A stretch of DNA of 35,280 nucleotides from Octopus sinensis (Eukaryota): assembly GCF_006345805.1 (NCBI RefSeq), contig NW_021828050.1, positions 1 through 35,280 on the forward strand, given 5' to 3'. Below are positions 1 through 10,930 of this stretch, piece by piece. Numbering within the stretch: position 1 is the first letter of the stretch; the number at the start of each line of letters is the position of its first letter. The notes beneath the pieces are model-generated. The model was not told the origin of the DNA. It worked only from the letters and a program-made list of their open reading frames with translations, and did not search any database. A program made the translations under genes and the position numbers.

Positions 1-572
1 ACTTTTATATATCCATAATAGCAAACATCTTTTACTGTCATCTTAAGATCACACAATTATCTTATAGATGTTTTCGATCTAATTTGGATACTTGCCATCA
101 ATTTGAATTCTTTGCAATCAAATTTGAATTTTTTCAATTGGTGCTCAAGCCTTGAAAAAAAAAGAGTTAAGCTACACCAGTCGTAAGGGAATACATGTCT
201 ATCTTATCTAACTCGTTCAGTAGAGCCCACCAATTGATATAAGTTCGATGAAATATCTGATGAACACTGCGATAGCTTCTACCAAAAGATACTACGTTAC
301 GTTGACCAGTCTGGACAAGGGGAGATAATAGAAAAAGAATCATTCGTTTATTATCATTGGTCCGTTGTTACCTGTTGCCGCTGTTTCTGCTGCTGTTTCT
401 TCTTCTTAAATACAATTCTTGCTGTTCTTGTTGTAGTTAAACCAGTGGTCCAAACGCAAATTGCATAGTCTGGCTTCGTTAAACACGTTTTCTGTTACTG
501 GGCAACAACTAACGTTTTTTTTTTTCTCTCTTTAGGTTTACCAAATATTCAATTTACCAAATATTCAATTTA

Positions 573-714
573 TTGATTGATATATATAATATATATATAT
601 ATATATATTATTATATTATATATATATATATATCTGTGTGTGTATGTACATGCATATATACATACATATACATTTGTATATATGTATATATATGTGTATA
701 TATATTTATATGTA

Positions 715-777
<63 letters not shown>

Positions 778-870
778 ATATATATATACATATATATATA
801 TGCGCGTGTGCATGTGTGTATGCGTGTGTGTGTGTGTATGCGTGTGCGTGCGTGTGAATGTGTGTGTATT
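573..870. repeat. Compound (AT)n / (GT)n / (GCGT)n microsatellite
   Basis: Direct reading; accounts for all YI/CV-rich ORFs at 570-1105. Confidence 0.95.
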
Positions 871-1306
871 TAAAATTTTATCTGCCAATTACAGTCCCAT
901 GCTTTCTGACCGCATTTCAATATTACCTGATCTCTCACCCCGCTTCCAGCCTCTCATCTTCACTTATCCTATCCCTTCCTCCTTCTCTGTCCCTCTCTCC
1001 TGCTACACACTTTTGTCCTCCCCCCCCCCCTCACTCTCTTTCTCTCTCTCTCTCTTCTCCCGCTCACCTACCTCCTCGCATTGGTCACCACCCCTTCCTC
1101 TCTGATAAATGACATTGTTTACGCCATATTTACTTTTGTTAGCGGCATGTATTATTTATTGAAGAGAGAAATAGTAATGCTTTAATGTGTGTTTCTTTTT
1201 CCTTCTTTCTCCTTCGTAAACAAGAATATTGATCTTTGTATCATATAAATTATATATATATGTTTGTATAAGAGTATTCACACACACACACACACACACA
1301 CACACC

Positions 1307-1370
<64 letters not shown>

Positions 1371-1371
1371 C

Positions 1372-1721
1372 ATATTCTTTAATTCTTTTACGCTGCGGCC
1401 CGCTGCAGCACAGGCTTCTAGTCGAAGAAATCGACCTCTGCATTTATTCTTTGTAAGCCTAGTACTTATCGTATCGGTCTATTTTGCCGAACGGCTATGT
1501 TACGGGGAGGTAAACAGATCAAGGTCGGTTGACAAGCGATGGTGGATGGCCAAACACTGACACAAACACGTAAATATATACAGCAGGCTTCTTTCAATTT
1601 CCTTCTAACAAATCCACACACAAGGCTTTGGTCGGTCCGAGGCTGGAGTAGAAAATACTTGTCCGGAACTGAACTCAGAACAATGTGGTTGGAAAGCAAA
1701 CTTCTTACCACAAAGCCACGC
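1372..1721 (-). mobile_element. tRNA-derived CORE-type SINE (family 1), near full length, diverged
   Basis: Reverse complement aligns by eye with the complete copy at 28447-28878: head GGCTTTGTGGTAAGAAG, central ...GGACCGACCAAAGCCTTGTG, 3' body CCCCGTAAC...GGCAAAA...AGTACTAGGCTTACAAAG. Confidence 0.85.
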
Positions 1722-1766
1722 CTTTACATACACACACATATATGTATATAAGCACATATATATCCC

Positions 1767-1797
<31 letters not shown>

Positions 1798-2494
1798 ATG
1801 TAAGTATATATAATACATATATATATATATTCACACATATGTGTATACATGTATATGTATATAAACATACATAAGTATGCATAAACACATACATATAGTA
1901 TATATACACATACGAATATATAGATATGTACATAAATTTATAGGTACAGACATATAAGATATATATAAATGTATAAACGCACACATATATATATATATAT
2001 ATACATATATGTATACACAGATTTATATATAAATATATAGGTACACACACATATATATATGTATATGTATGTGTGTGTGTTTGCGTGTGTGTATGTGTGT
2101 ATATATATGTACAGATAAGTACATCCCCAAAAACGTACCATTATGAACGCGCACGAACGCCTTCCTTCTTATATGTGCACACACATAAACAAATATGGCG
2201 GCGGCAAACGAAATATGTTAAATCTTGCGTATTCATATTTGCATAGGAATAATGAGAAACGAAAGCCATATATATATATATATATATTCCATACGCATGA
2301 AGGCTGATTTGAATGCTTGGATATAAAATTCACATCTCTCCCGAGGACATTAATGGCGTCAGCCATTTGAAACGGTTCTAATATCTAATCAAAAAAGCCT
2401 TCTACTGCTTATTCACTAGAGCATGTGACTATGTACCCCACCATATGGGAACCACTGTGAGAATTGAACAGCAGAAGTAGAAAAACAATATGAA

Positions 2495-2499
2495 TGATG

Positions 2500-2561
<62 letters not shown>

Positions 2562-2568
2562 AAGAAGA

Positions 2569-2600
<32 letters not shown>

Positions 2601-2627
2601 AGAAGAAGAACGTTGCTGATGATGAGA

Positions 2628-2662
<35 letters not shown>

Positions 2663-2780
2663 AATGATGATAATGATGATGATAATGATGACAAAAGCAA
2701 CAAAAAGTATACTATATAATAATAATAATAATAATCCTAATAATAATATAATTAATAAAATATAATAATAACAATAATAA
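2495..2780. repeat. Compound trinucleotide microsatellite (AAT)n-(AAG)n-(GAT)n-(AAT)n
   Basis: Direct reading; gives rise to the poly-N/K/R/M and poly-S/F/Y pseudo-ORFs. Confidence 0.95.
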
Positions 2781-3132
2781 ATGCCCTGATACAGTACCAG
2801 CGACTGTCATATCGCTGGTAGTGTATCAGTATTACAATAATAATAATAATACCGGAGACGGAGGCTTTAATCTGTGCTGCCCAAGAGCAAGCGCTAAAAG
2901 CAAACTACATAAAATACAGAATAGACAACACATCAGAAAGTGATATGCAGAATCTGTGAACAAAACGGTGAAACCGTATGGCATATTATCAGCCAATGTA
3001 TATAATAAGGGTGGAGCACTTGCAGAAAACAGCACCGCTTGTAATCGCTCAAATACTCTCGATGCTTCTTGAAAAAAAAAGGGATATTTATATACCTATT
3101 TTCTATACAGAAAAATAAATGCGCGCGCACAC

Positions 3133-3248
3133 CCACGGAGCTTAGGTGTTTTTGCTCAATAAACACTCACAATACCCGGTCTGGGAATCGAAACCGCTTT
3201 CTTACGACCGCGAGTCCGCTGTCCTGACCACTGTGCCATTGCGCCTCC
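3133..3248 (-). mobile_element. tRNA-headed SINE (family 3), 5' portion only
   Basis: Reverse complement GGAGGCGCAATGGCACAGTGGTCAGGACAGCGGACTCGCGG...GGTTTCGATTCCCAGACCGGG matches the heads at 20485 and 32735; A-box-like TGGCNNAGTGG and B-box-like GTTTCGATTCC. Confidence 0.88.
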
Positions 3249-3774
3249 ACTGCTGTTGGTATTTCTTTCAGTAACTTTATAAGTATTTCATTGAGTCTTC
3301 AATTGCAGTGTGGTGATCTTGTGCGCGCAGTTTTGTCTTTTATTAATTACAGTGGGAGTGAGATAATCAAGAACATGTACCGGATGACACATGCTATCGT
3401 TAATTCACTGTTGATTGTATAGACTTCATTCCGAGTAAATTATGTTACGTAACTTAGTCTTGATTACATTACAGTACTGTAATATTATGATGTAATTGTA
3501 GAGAATATGTGCCTGTTTTGTTTAAAATGTATGGAAAGAAATAATAGATGTAAATGTGTAGGGCTATTGATGTTATGGTTTGTCAACTTACACAAATTCC
3601 TATATTGAATTTCTGTTTTGGTTCAGGTGTCATTTTATTTATTTAATTACTTTATTTATTTGATTGGATTTAATTTGATTGATTTATTTATTTATTTCAT
3701 GCTCGTGTGTTGCCTTGTTCCTTTTCAAATCTTCAATTTTAATTAGTGTCCGACGTCCTTCTGAGCAAGGTTTT

Positions 3775-3985
3775 AATCGATTTCATATTTTGACACAAAG
3801 ACAGTGGCAGGGAGTACGTCGTTTATATCCACCCCAGTCCTCAACCGCTACTAATTTTATCGTTCCTCAAGGGGACGGAAGGCAAAGTCGTCCTCTTTGA
3901 AATTTGGACGCAGAACGAAAAATCGGATGAAATGATGCTTAACAATTTGTCCGGTGCGCAAAAGGATTCTGCCAGCTCGGAGCCT
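3775..3985 (-). mobile_element. Old diverged SINE (family 2)
   Basis: Reverse complement resembles GGC..GAGCTGGCAGAA...TTCTGCGTCCAAATTTC...GACTTTGCCTTCC, the family forming the 21341-23970 array. Confidence 0.65.
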
Positions 3986-4030
3986 TAGAGCAATGTTTTA
4001 ATTGGGAGACGGCTTTGCTATACCGCTTGC

Positions 4031-4125
4031 TTCTCTCAGTCATTTGACTGCGGTCATACTGGGGCACCTCCTTAGAGGGTTTCTAGTAAAAAAATCGCAC
4101 CTCGGCCTCATTTGTAAGCGTAGTA
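4031..4125 (-). mobile_element. SINE family 1, 3' fragment interrupted at a TA
   Basis: TCAGTCATTTGACTGCGGTCATACTGGGGCACC...TTTGTAAGCGTAGTA matches the family-1 3' end; similarity stops at the TA at 4124-4125. Confidence 0.7.
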
Positions 4126-4200
4126 CAATAATCCCTGGACAGTCACGGGAATTACGTTCCAAAAAAACCCGCGATACGTGAAAAGCCGTGAAATAGAAGC
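4126..4200. mobile_element. pogo/Tigger-like DNA transposon terminus (single end)
   Basis: TA followed by CAATAATCCCTGGACAGTCACGGGAATTACGTTCCAAAAAAACCCGCGATACGTGAAAAGCCGTGAAATAGAA, resembling CAGTANNCCCTCG-type Tigger ends (from memory). No second TIR found. Confidence 0.5.
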
Positions 4201-4257
4201 AGTACTGTAATGTATTTTTTATTAGTTTTAGAATTTGTATATTCTTTTATTCCTTAT

Positions 4258-4470
4258 ATGTTTCAGTCATTTGCCTACGGCTGTGCTGGAGCACCGCCTT
4301 TTAGTCGAAAAATCGACCCCTGAACTTATTATTTGTAAGCGTAGTGCTTATTCTATTGGTCTCTTTTGCCGAACCGCTAAGTTACGGGGGACGTAGACAG
4401 GCCAACATTGGTAGGGGGACAAAAGCAGACACACAAACATACACATACGCGCGCGAGCAGCATACACACA
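4258..4470 (-). mobile_element. SINE family 1, 3' body ending in its internal (CA)n tract
   Basis: TTTCAGTCATTTG...GCTGGAGCACCGCC...GCCGAACCGCTAAGTTACGGGG is the reverse complement of 28680-28850. Confidence 0.85.
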
Positions 4471-4567
4471 CACATATATAGTTGAAATTTATAGAAACAC
4501 AAAGACGATAACAGGTGTATGAACAACAACAATCAATTGTATTAGTTTGAGGCTCAAGAAAAATTGG

Positions 4568-4607
4568 ATTCTTTTACGTTTCGGGCCGAAGCTCTTCAAC
4601 AGAAAGA

Positions 4608-4609
<2 letters not shown>
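4568..4609 (-). ncRNA. Minimal type I hammerhead-ribozyme fold (Penelope-type) with variant core CUGUUGA
   Basis: Minus strand: ATTCTTT-CTGTTGA-A-GAGC-TTCG-GCCC-GAAAC-GTA-AAAGAAT. Stem I is a perfect 7 bp, stem II is 3 of 4 bp with a UUCG loop, stem III is the palindromic ACGU, cleavage triplet GUA. Confidence 0.65.
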
Positions 4610-4610
<1 letters not shown>

Positions 4611-4639
<29 letters not shown>

Positions 4640-4641
4640 TA

Positions 4642-4705
<64 letters not shown>

Positions 4706-4750
4706 ATATATATAATATATTATATATATATATATATATAATATATATAT
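4611..4750. repeat. (AT)n microsatellite at the outer edge of the left palindrome arm
   Basis: Direct reading. Confidence 0.95.
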
Positions 4751-4904
4751 CGAGGTCTGTGTTCAACTAGTACTCATTTTATCGACCCTAAAAGGGTGAA
4801 AGGCAAAGTTGACATCTGCGGAATTGGAACTAAGAATCTAAAGACGAACAAAATGCCGGCGTCCTAATGATTCTGTCAGCCCACAGCCAAAATATGCAAC
4901 TAAT

Positions 4905-5115
4905 ATTGGTTGCAAATTTTGGCACAAGGCCAAGAATTTGGTGGGAGGCTGCTAGTCGATTACATCGGCCTCAGTATTCAACTGGTACTTCATTCATGGG
5001 CCTCCGAAAGGATGAAAGGCAAGGTAGACCTCGGCGGAATTTGAACCCAAACAGACGAAATGCCGCTAAACATTTTGCCCGGCGTGATAACGTTTTTGCC
5101 AGCTCATCGCCTCAT
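4905..5115 (-). mobile_element. SINE family 2 copy inside the left arm (mirror copy ~9660-9875, + strand)
   Basis: GAAAGGCAAGGTAGACCTCGGCGGAATTTGAACCC...AAACATTTTGCCCGGCGTGATAACG...GCCAGCTCATCGCC. Confidence 0.85.
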
Positions 5116-5149
5116 ACGCTGCAACAAAGTAACTTTTTGATCTGAAAAA

Positions 5150-5335
5150 TTCACCGTAGCCTATACACCAAATCGGCTTTGTGAACAGTGAGCGTGTACC
5201 AAGTTCTCGTCACAAGGATTTGATTGACCTGAGACTATCGTAGAAGACACTTTCCCAAAGTGCCGTGCAGTGGGATTGAAATCTAAAATGCGAGGTTGCA
5301 AAATAAGCTTTTTAACAACATAGCCGCCTAAGGTT
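5150..5335 (-). mobile_element. SINE family 1 head and CORE region inside the left arm (mirror ~9445-9630)
   Basis: Reverse complement GGCTATGTTGTTAAAAAGC...TCAATCCCACTGCACGGCACTTTGGGAAAGTGTCTTCTACGATAG. Confidence 0.75.
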
Positions 5336-5949
5336 GATTAATGTGTGACGATTAATATGAGTCAATATGAAAGCTAGTAATAAATACAATCTAGGAGGTA
5401 ACTGTACTGAAGGGAAATGAGAAAAACATAGGGGACAGGTATGGATTTATGATTATTAACATTGCTTCGTGGTTTCCGATACAGTCCCATCGGGCGGCAT
5501 ATTATTCTGGTATACCTTCGGGATGATCGATATCATTCGAATGGAATTTGGTACAAAGTAACCGTTCGAGTCGAAAAAATTACCATTACATCCTGTCTTT
5601 ATTTCGTTCTCGAAATTGCTCATAAAGTATAGTTCTGTAATATTTTATAACTAAAGTTATATATTCTAATTTGCTTTCGGCTCCCAATACAAAAGTTTAT
5701 ACATACATACATACATACATACATAAATGCATACATAAATGCATGCATGCATACATACATACATACATACATAAATGCATACATACATACATACATATAT
5801 ACATACATATATACATACATAATTTATGTATGTGTGTATATATAGATGTATGTATATAAATATATATGTACACGACAGAAAGTTGAGCAGAGAATCTGTA
5901 TCAAATTTTTCCAAATGTATTCATATATATACACACACATATACATATA

Positions 5950-6023
<74 letters not shown>

Positions 6024-6550
6024 GTTATTGGTAAGCTCATGTAAAGTGGTTTTAACAATTTAGTTGAACGCAATTTTTCGGAGTAAATTGATTTGGTAAA
6101 AATCTCGTTAGAACAAATCGAGAGAACATATATATCTACTCGAGTCTCCGCCCTAATATCGATTGGACTTTCCAACTATCCTCGTCGCTTATGTAAACGT
6201 AAATGCAACATCATGTTATATTTCGGGCAGCATTTTGTTTTTACTCGAAGTCATATCGTTTCGTTATTTATAACAGAAGTATCATTTTGAACGATATTGT
6301 TAAATGAACGACGTGCAAATTGCGCGCGTTAATACTTTCATGCATACAAGCAAATGCACACAAGTGCGCGCACACGCACACACACACACACATTATATTA
6401 TATGGGTATGTGTCATTCTATGCCCAGCGGAAAATACTTAAATTTCTGTAACGATAATAAAAAAAAATGAGTGAAAAACGAAGAAAATGACACTAACAAG
6501 AGATTAGGATTAAAGGAAGAAATATATATATATATATGTGTGTATATATA

Positions 6551-6697
<147 letters not shown>

Positions 6698-6703
6698 CAG
6701 CAG

Positions 6704-6845
6704 TGGCTGTGTGGTAAATAGTTTCCTTCGCAACCACACGCTTCCGTGTTCAGTCACGCTGCATGATACTTCGAGTAAGCGTTTTTTACTGCAGCCTCAC
6801 GTAAACCTCTCATAAGGATTTGGTAGATGAAAAGAAACACAGACA
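6704..6845 (+). mobile_element. SINE family 1 head and CORE region spanning the inner breakpoint of the left arm
   Basis: GGCTGTGTGGTAAATAG...GTTCAGTCACGCTGC...GCAGCCTCACGTAAACCTCTCATAAGGATTTGGTAGATG. The mirror copy is cut at 8053. Confidence 0.75.
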
Positions 6846-6992
6846 CACACAGGGCCAACTATAGCCCTTTCGCGTCGGACCAGCCGTCACGATAACATCG
6901 CTTTCTTCGTAAACGCCTTATTTTTCAAATACGTTAGCTGAATTCAATTCGTCTCTGGTCGAATGACGCATGTTGTTATCTCCTGTTATTAC

Positions 6993-7028
<36 letters not shown>

Positions 7029-7075
7029 TATTATTATTATTGTTTTTTGTAATTATATTCGTATTATCTTGTAAA

Positions 7076-8052
7076 TGCGCATGCGCGAAAGTGTAACTAC
7101 GCGTGCGCGAAGGTATGACTGCGCATGCGCGAACGTGTGCGTGCGCATGCGCGATTGTGTGCGTGCGCATGCGCGAACGTGTGACTGCGCATGCGCGATC
7201 GTGTGACAGTGCATGCGCGAATATGTGACTGCGCATGCGCAAACGGGTGAGCATACGAGAACGTGTGCGAGCGCATGCGCGAACGTGTGACTGCGCATGC
7301 GCGAAAGTGTAACTGCGCATGCGCGAAAGTGTAACTGCGCATGCGCGAAAATGTGACTGCGCATGCGCGAACGTATGCGTGCGCATGCGCGAACATGTGA
7401 ATGCGCATGCACGAAAGTGTGACAGCGCATGTGCGAAAGTGTGACTGCGCATGCACGAACGTATAACTGCGCATGCGCGAACGTGTGCGTGCGCATGCGC
7501 GGACGTGTGCGTGCGCATGCGCGAACATGTGACTGCTGATGCGCGAAAGTGTGACTGCGCATGTGCGAACGTGTGACTGCGCATGCGCGAACATGAAACT
7601 GCGCATGCGCGAACGTGTGACTGCGCATGCGCGACAATGTGACTGCGCATGCGCGACAATGTGACTGCGCATGCGCGAACATGTCACTGCGCATGCGCGA
7701 ACGTGTGACTGCGCATGCGCTAACGTGTGCGTGCATATGCGCGAACATGTGACTGCGCAAACGCGAAGGAGTGACTGCGCATGTGCGAAAGTGTGACTGT
7801 GCATGCGTGAAAGTGTGACTGCACATGCGCGAACGTATGACTGCGCATGCGCGACATGTAACTGCGCATGCGCGAACGTGTGCGTGCGCATGCGCGAACG
7901 TGTGACTGCGCATGCGCGAAAATGTGACTGCTCATGTGCGAAAGTGTGACTGCGCATGCACGAACGTGTGACTGCGCATGCGCGAACGTGTGCGTGCGCA
8001 TGCGCTAACATGTGACTGCGCATGCGCGAACGTGTGGCTGAACATGCGCGAA
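7076..8052. repeat. 22-bp CpG-rich minisatellite, ~45 units, consensus CGTGTGACTGCGCATGCGCGAA
   Basis: Period read directly; about 28 units keep a perfect TGCGCATGCGC by manual count. Confidence 0.97.
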
Positions 8053-8703
8053 AGGCTGCAGTAAAAAACGCTTACTCGAAGTATCATGCAGCGTGACTGA
8101 ACACGGAAGCGTGTGGTTGTGAAGGAAGCTATTTACCACACAGCCACTGCTGTTTTGATATATATATATATATACACACATATAATATATATATTTCTTC
8201 CTTTAATCCTAATCTCTTGTTAGTGTCATTTTCTTCGTTTTTCACTCATTCTTTTTTATTATCGTTACAGAAATTTAAGTATTTTCCGCTGGGCATAGAA
8301 TGACACATACCCATATAATATAATGTGTGTGTGGTGTGTGTGCGTGTGCGCGCACTTGTGTGCATTTGCTTGTATGCATGAAGTATTAACGTAACGCGCG
8401 CAATTTGCACGTCGTTCATTTAACAATATCGTTCAAAATGATACTTCTGTTATAAATAACGAAACGATATGACTTCGAGTAAAAACAAAATGCTGCCCGA
8501 AATATAACATGATGTTGCATTTACGTTTACATAAGCGACGAGGATAGTTGGAAAGTCCAATCGATATTAGGGCGGAGACTCGAGTAGATATATATGTTCT
8601 CTCGATTTGTTCTAACGAGATTTTTACCAAATCAATTCACTCCGAAAAACTGCGTTCAACTAAATTGTTAAAACCACTTTACATGAGCTTACCAATAACA
8701 TAT

Positions 8704-8734
<31 letters not shown>

Positions 8735-10028
8735 TATATAAAGATAGATAGATAGATAGATATAGATAAATATAGAGAGTATATAGTATATATATATATA
8801 TAATTATATATATATATACACAAATATAATATATATATATATATATATACATATATATGTATATGTGTGTGTGTATATATGAATACATTTGGAAAAATTT
8901 GATACAGATTCTCTGCTCAACTTTCTGTCATGTACATATATATTTATATACATACATCTATATATACACACATACATAAATTATGTATGTATGTATGTAT
9001 GCATGCATGCATTTATGTATGCATTTATGTATGTATGTATGTATGTATGTATGTATGTATGTATGTATGTATGTATAAACTTTTGTATTGGGAGCCGAAA
9101 GCAAATTAGAATATATAACTTTAGTTATAAAATATTACAGAACTATACTTTATGAGCAATTTCGGGAACGAAATAAAGACAGGATATATTGGTAATTTTT
9201 TCGACTCGAACGGTTACTGTGTTCCAAATACCATTCGTATTGATATCGATCATCCCGAAGGTATACCAGAATAATATGCCGCCCGATGGGACTGTATCGG
9301 GAACCATGAAGCAATGTTAATAATCATAAATCCATGCCTGTCCCCTATGTTTTTTCTAATTTCCCTTCAGTACAGTTACCTCCTAGCTTGTATTTATAAC
9401 TAGCTTTCATATTGACTCATATTAATCGTCACACATTAATCAACCTTAGGCGGCTATGTTGTTAAAAAGCTTATTTTGCAACCTCGCATTTTAGATTTCA
9501 ATCCCACTGCACAGCACTTTGGGAAAGTGTCTTCTACGATAGCCCCAGGTCAATCAAATCCTTGTGACGTGAATTTGATACACGCTCACAGTTCATAAAG
9601 CCGATTTGGTGTATAGGCCACGGTGAATTTTTCAGATCAAAAAGTTACTTTGTTGCAGCGTATGAGGCGATGAGCTGGCAAAAATGTTATCACGCCGGGC
9701 AAAATGCTTAGCGGCATTTCGTCTGTTTGGGTTCAAATTCCGCCGAGGTCTACCTTGCCTTTCATCCTTTCGGAGGCCCATGAATGAAGTACCAGTTGAA
9801 TACTGAGGCCGATGTAATCGACTAGCAGCCTCCCACCAAATTCTTGGCCTTGTACCAAAATTTGCAACCAATATCAGTTGCATATTTTGGCTGTGGGCTG
9901 ACAGAATCATTAGGACGCCGGCATTTTGTTCGTCTTTAGATTCTTAGTTCCAATTCCGCAGATGTCAACTTTGCCTTTCACCCTTCAAGGGTCGATAAAA
10001 TGAGTACCAGTTGAACACAGACCTCGAT
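8053..10028 (+). repeat. Right arm of the ~2 kb inverted duplication (partner 4749-6797)
   Basis: Collinear reverse complement of the left arm. Spot checks gave 2 mismatches in 80 bp (8621-8700) and 8 in 100 bp (9540-9640); microsatellite lengths differ between arms. Confidence 0.97.
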
Positions 10029-10159
10029 GTGAACGACTTAGAGCATACCCAAAATTGCTGGCCTTATGCCAAATTTTGAAACCAATGTGAGTTGCGTATA
10101 AGCCGACGATATTGTATTCTAATAATCGATCGATCGAAAAAATAATTTCATGTTAAGTA

Positions 10160-10602
10160 AAATCAGAAGATGTGCAGATTAGTTACGGTTCAGTTCAGTC
10201 CATTATCACTGAACATTTGGGTATGAGACATGTGTCCAAACTGCTTTCAGCTGACCAAGAAGATACTCGGGTTTCAGTTACACAAGCCCTTGATTGCGTC
10301 GAGAACGATGAACATTTTTGAAATCTTTGCGTAAGGACTCTGAACAGCTATCGCCAAGCTTTTGGAAAAATTTGATGCAGATTCTCTGCTCAACTTTCAT
10401 TGTCATGGTCAATGCGACGATCACACGTTACGCACGTTCCTTCCAAGCATTGCTGTAAACAGCAGTATTGGGTTAGAATGTTAAAATTCTGTGCGCATGC
10501 ATAGCAGAGTCGAAGGTCAATCTATGACAAGCGGCTTCACTCTGCATGCTTTAGCTACGTTGCTATGTCAACAGTCTGGATACTTATTGATCAAACTACG
10601 TA
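10160..10602 (+). mobile_element. Internally deleted mariner-family DNA transposon remnant (transposase fragment plus right TIR)
   Basis: ~10163-10320 translates to SEDVQISYGSVQSIITEHLGMRHVSKLLSADQEDTRVSVTQALDCVENDEHF*, matching the mariner HTH/linker pattern ISxGSVxxILxxxLGM. AGTCTGGATACTTATTGATCAAACTACG-TA (10573-10602) resembles a mariner TIR plus TA target. Confidence 0.8.
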
Positions 10603-10605
10603 TTC

Positions 10606-10678
10606 GTATGGCGTAGTGGTTAAGAGCGCAGGCTACTAACCTCAAGGTTCCGAGTTTGATTCCAGGCAGTGACCTGAA

Positions 10679-10713
<35 letters not shown>

Positions 10714-10722
10714 TAATAATAA

Positions 10723-10757
<35 letters not shown>

Positions 10758-10930
10758 TAATAATAATAATGATGATGATGATAATCACATCGAAAAATGC
10801 CTTAGGAATGAGAACCCAAATTCGAAACTGCCCCAAGCCGCCTGATGAAAGCTGGAGGGTATATCACCTGAAACGTTGTGTGAACAACAAACAAGATGAG
10901 GACAAATATCCATCAAATGTAAATAATGTA
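10606..10930 (+). mobile_element. tRNA-headed SINE (family 4) with internal (AAT)n and a hammerhead-containing 3' part
   Basis: Head GTATGGCGTAGTGGTTAAGAGCGC...GAGTTTGATTCC (A/B-box-like), (AAT)n at ~10680-10770, hammerhead core at 10842-10877. Confidence 0.75.
10839..10880 (+). ncRNA. Minimal type I hammerhead-ribozyme fold (Penelope-type), partly decayed
   Basis: CGC-CTGATGA-A-AGCTG-gagggtatat-CACCT-GAAAC-GTT-GTG. Both catalytic boxes intact, stem II 4 of 5 bp, stem I only 3 bp (CGC/GTG), palindromic AACGTT in place of stem III. Confidence 0.6.

Noticed and set aside
4749-4775. TA-T-CGAGGTCTGT resembles a mariner TIR start
   Set aside because: It is the reversed interior of a SINE that continues past the mirror position (10029-10085); coincidental.
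6976-8023. Three long minus-strand ORFs (227, 286, 308 aa) of RMRSHTFAHAQ repeats
   Set aside because: Translation of the 22-bp minisatellite, which lacks stops on that strand; the same peptide cycles through all three frames.
10606-10675. tRNA genes at the SINE heads (also 3175-3248, 20485-20555, 32735-32805)
   Set aside because: No closing acceptor stem, imperfect anticodon stems and no T-run terminator; each continues into SINE body sequence.
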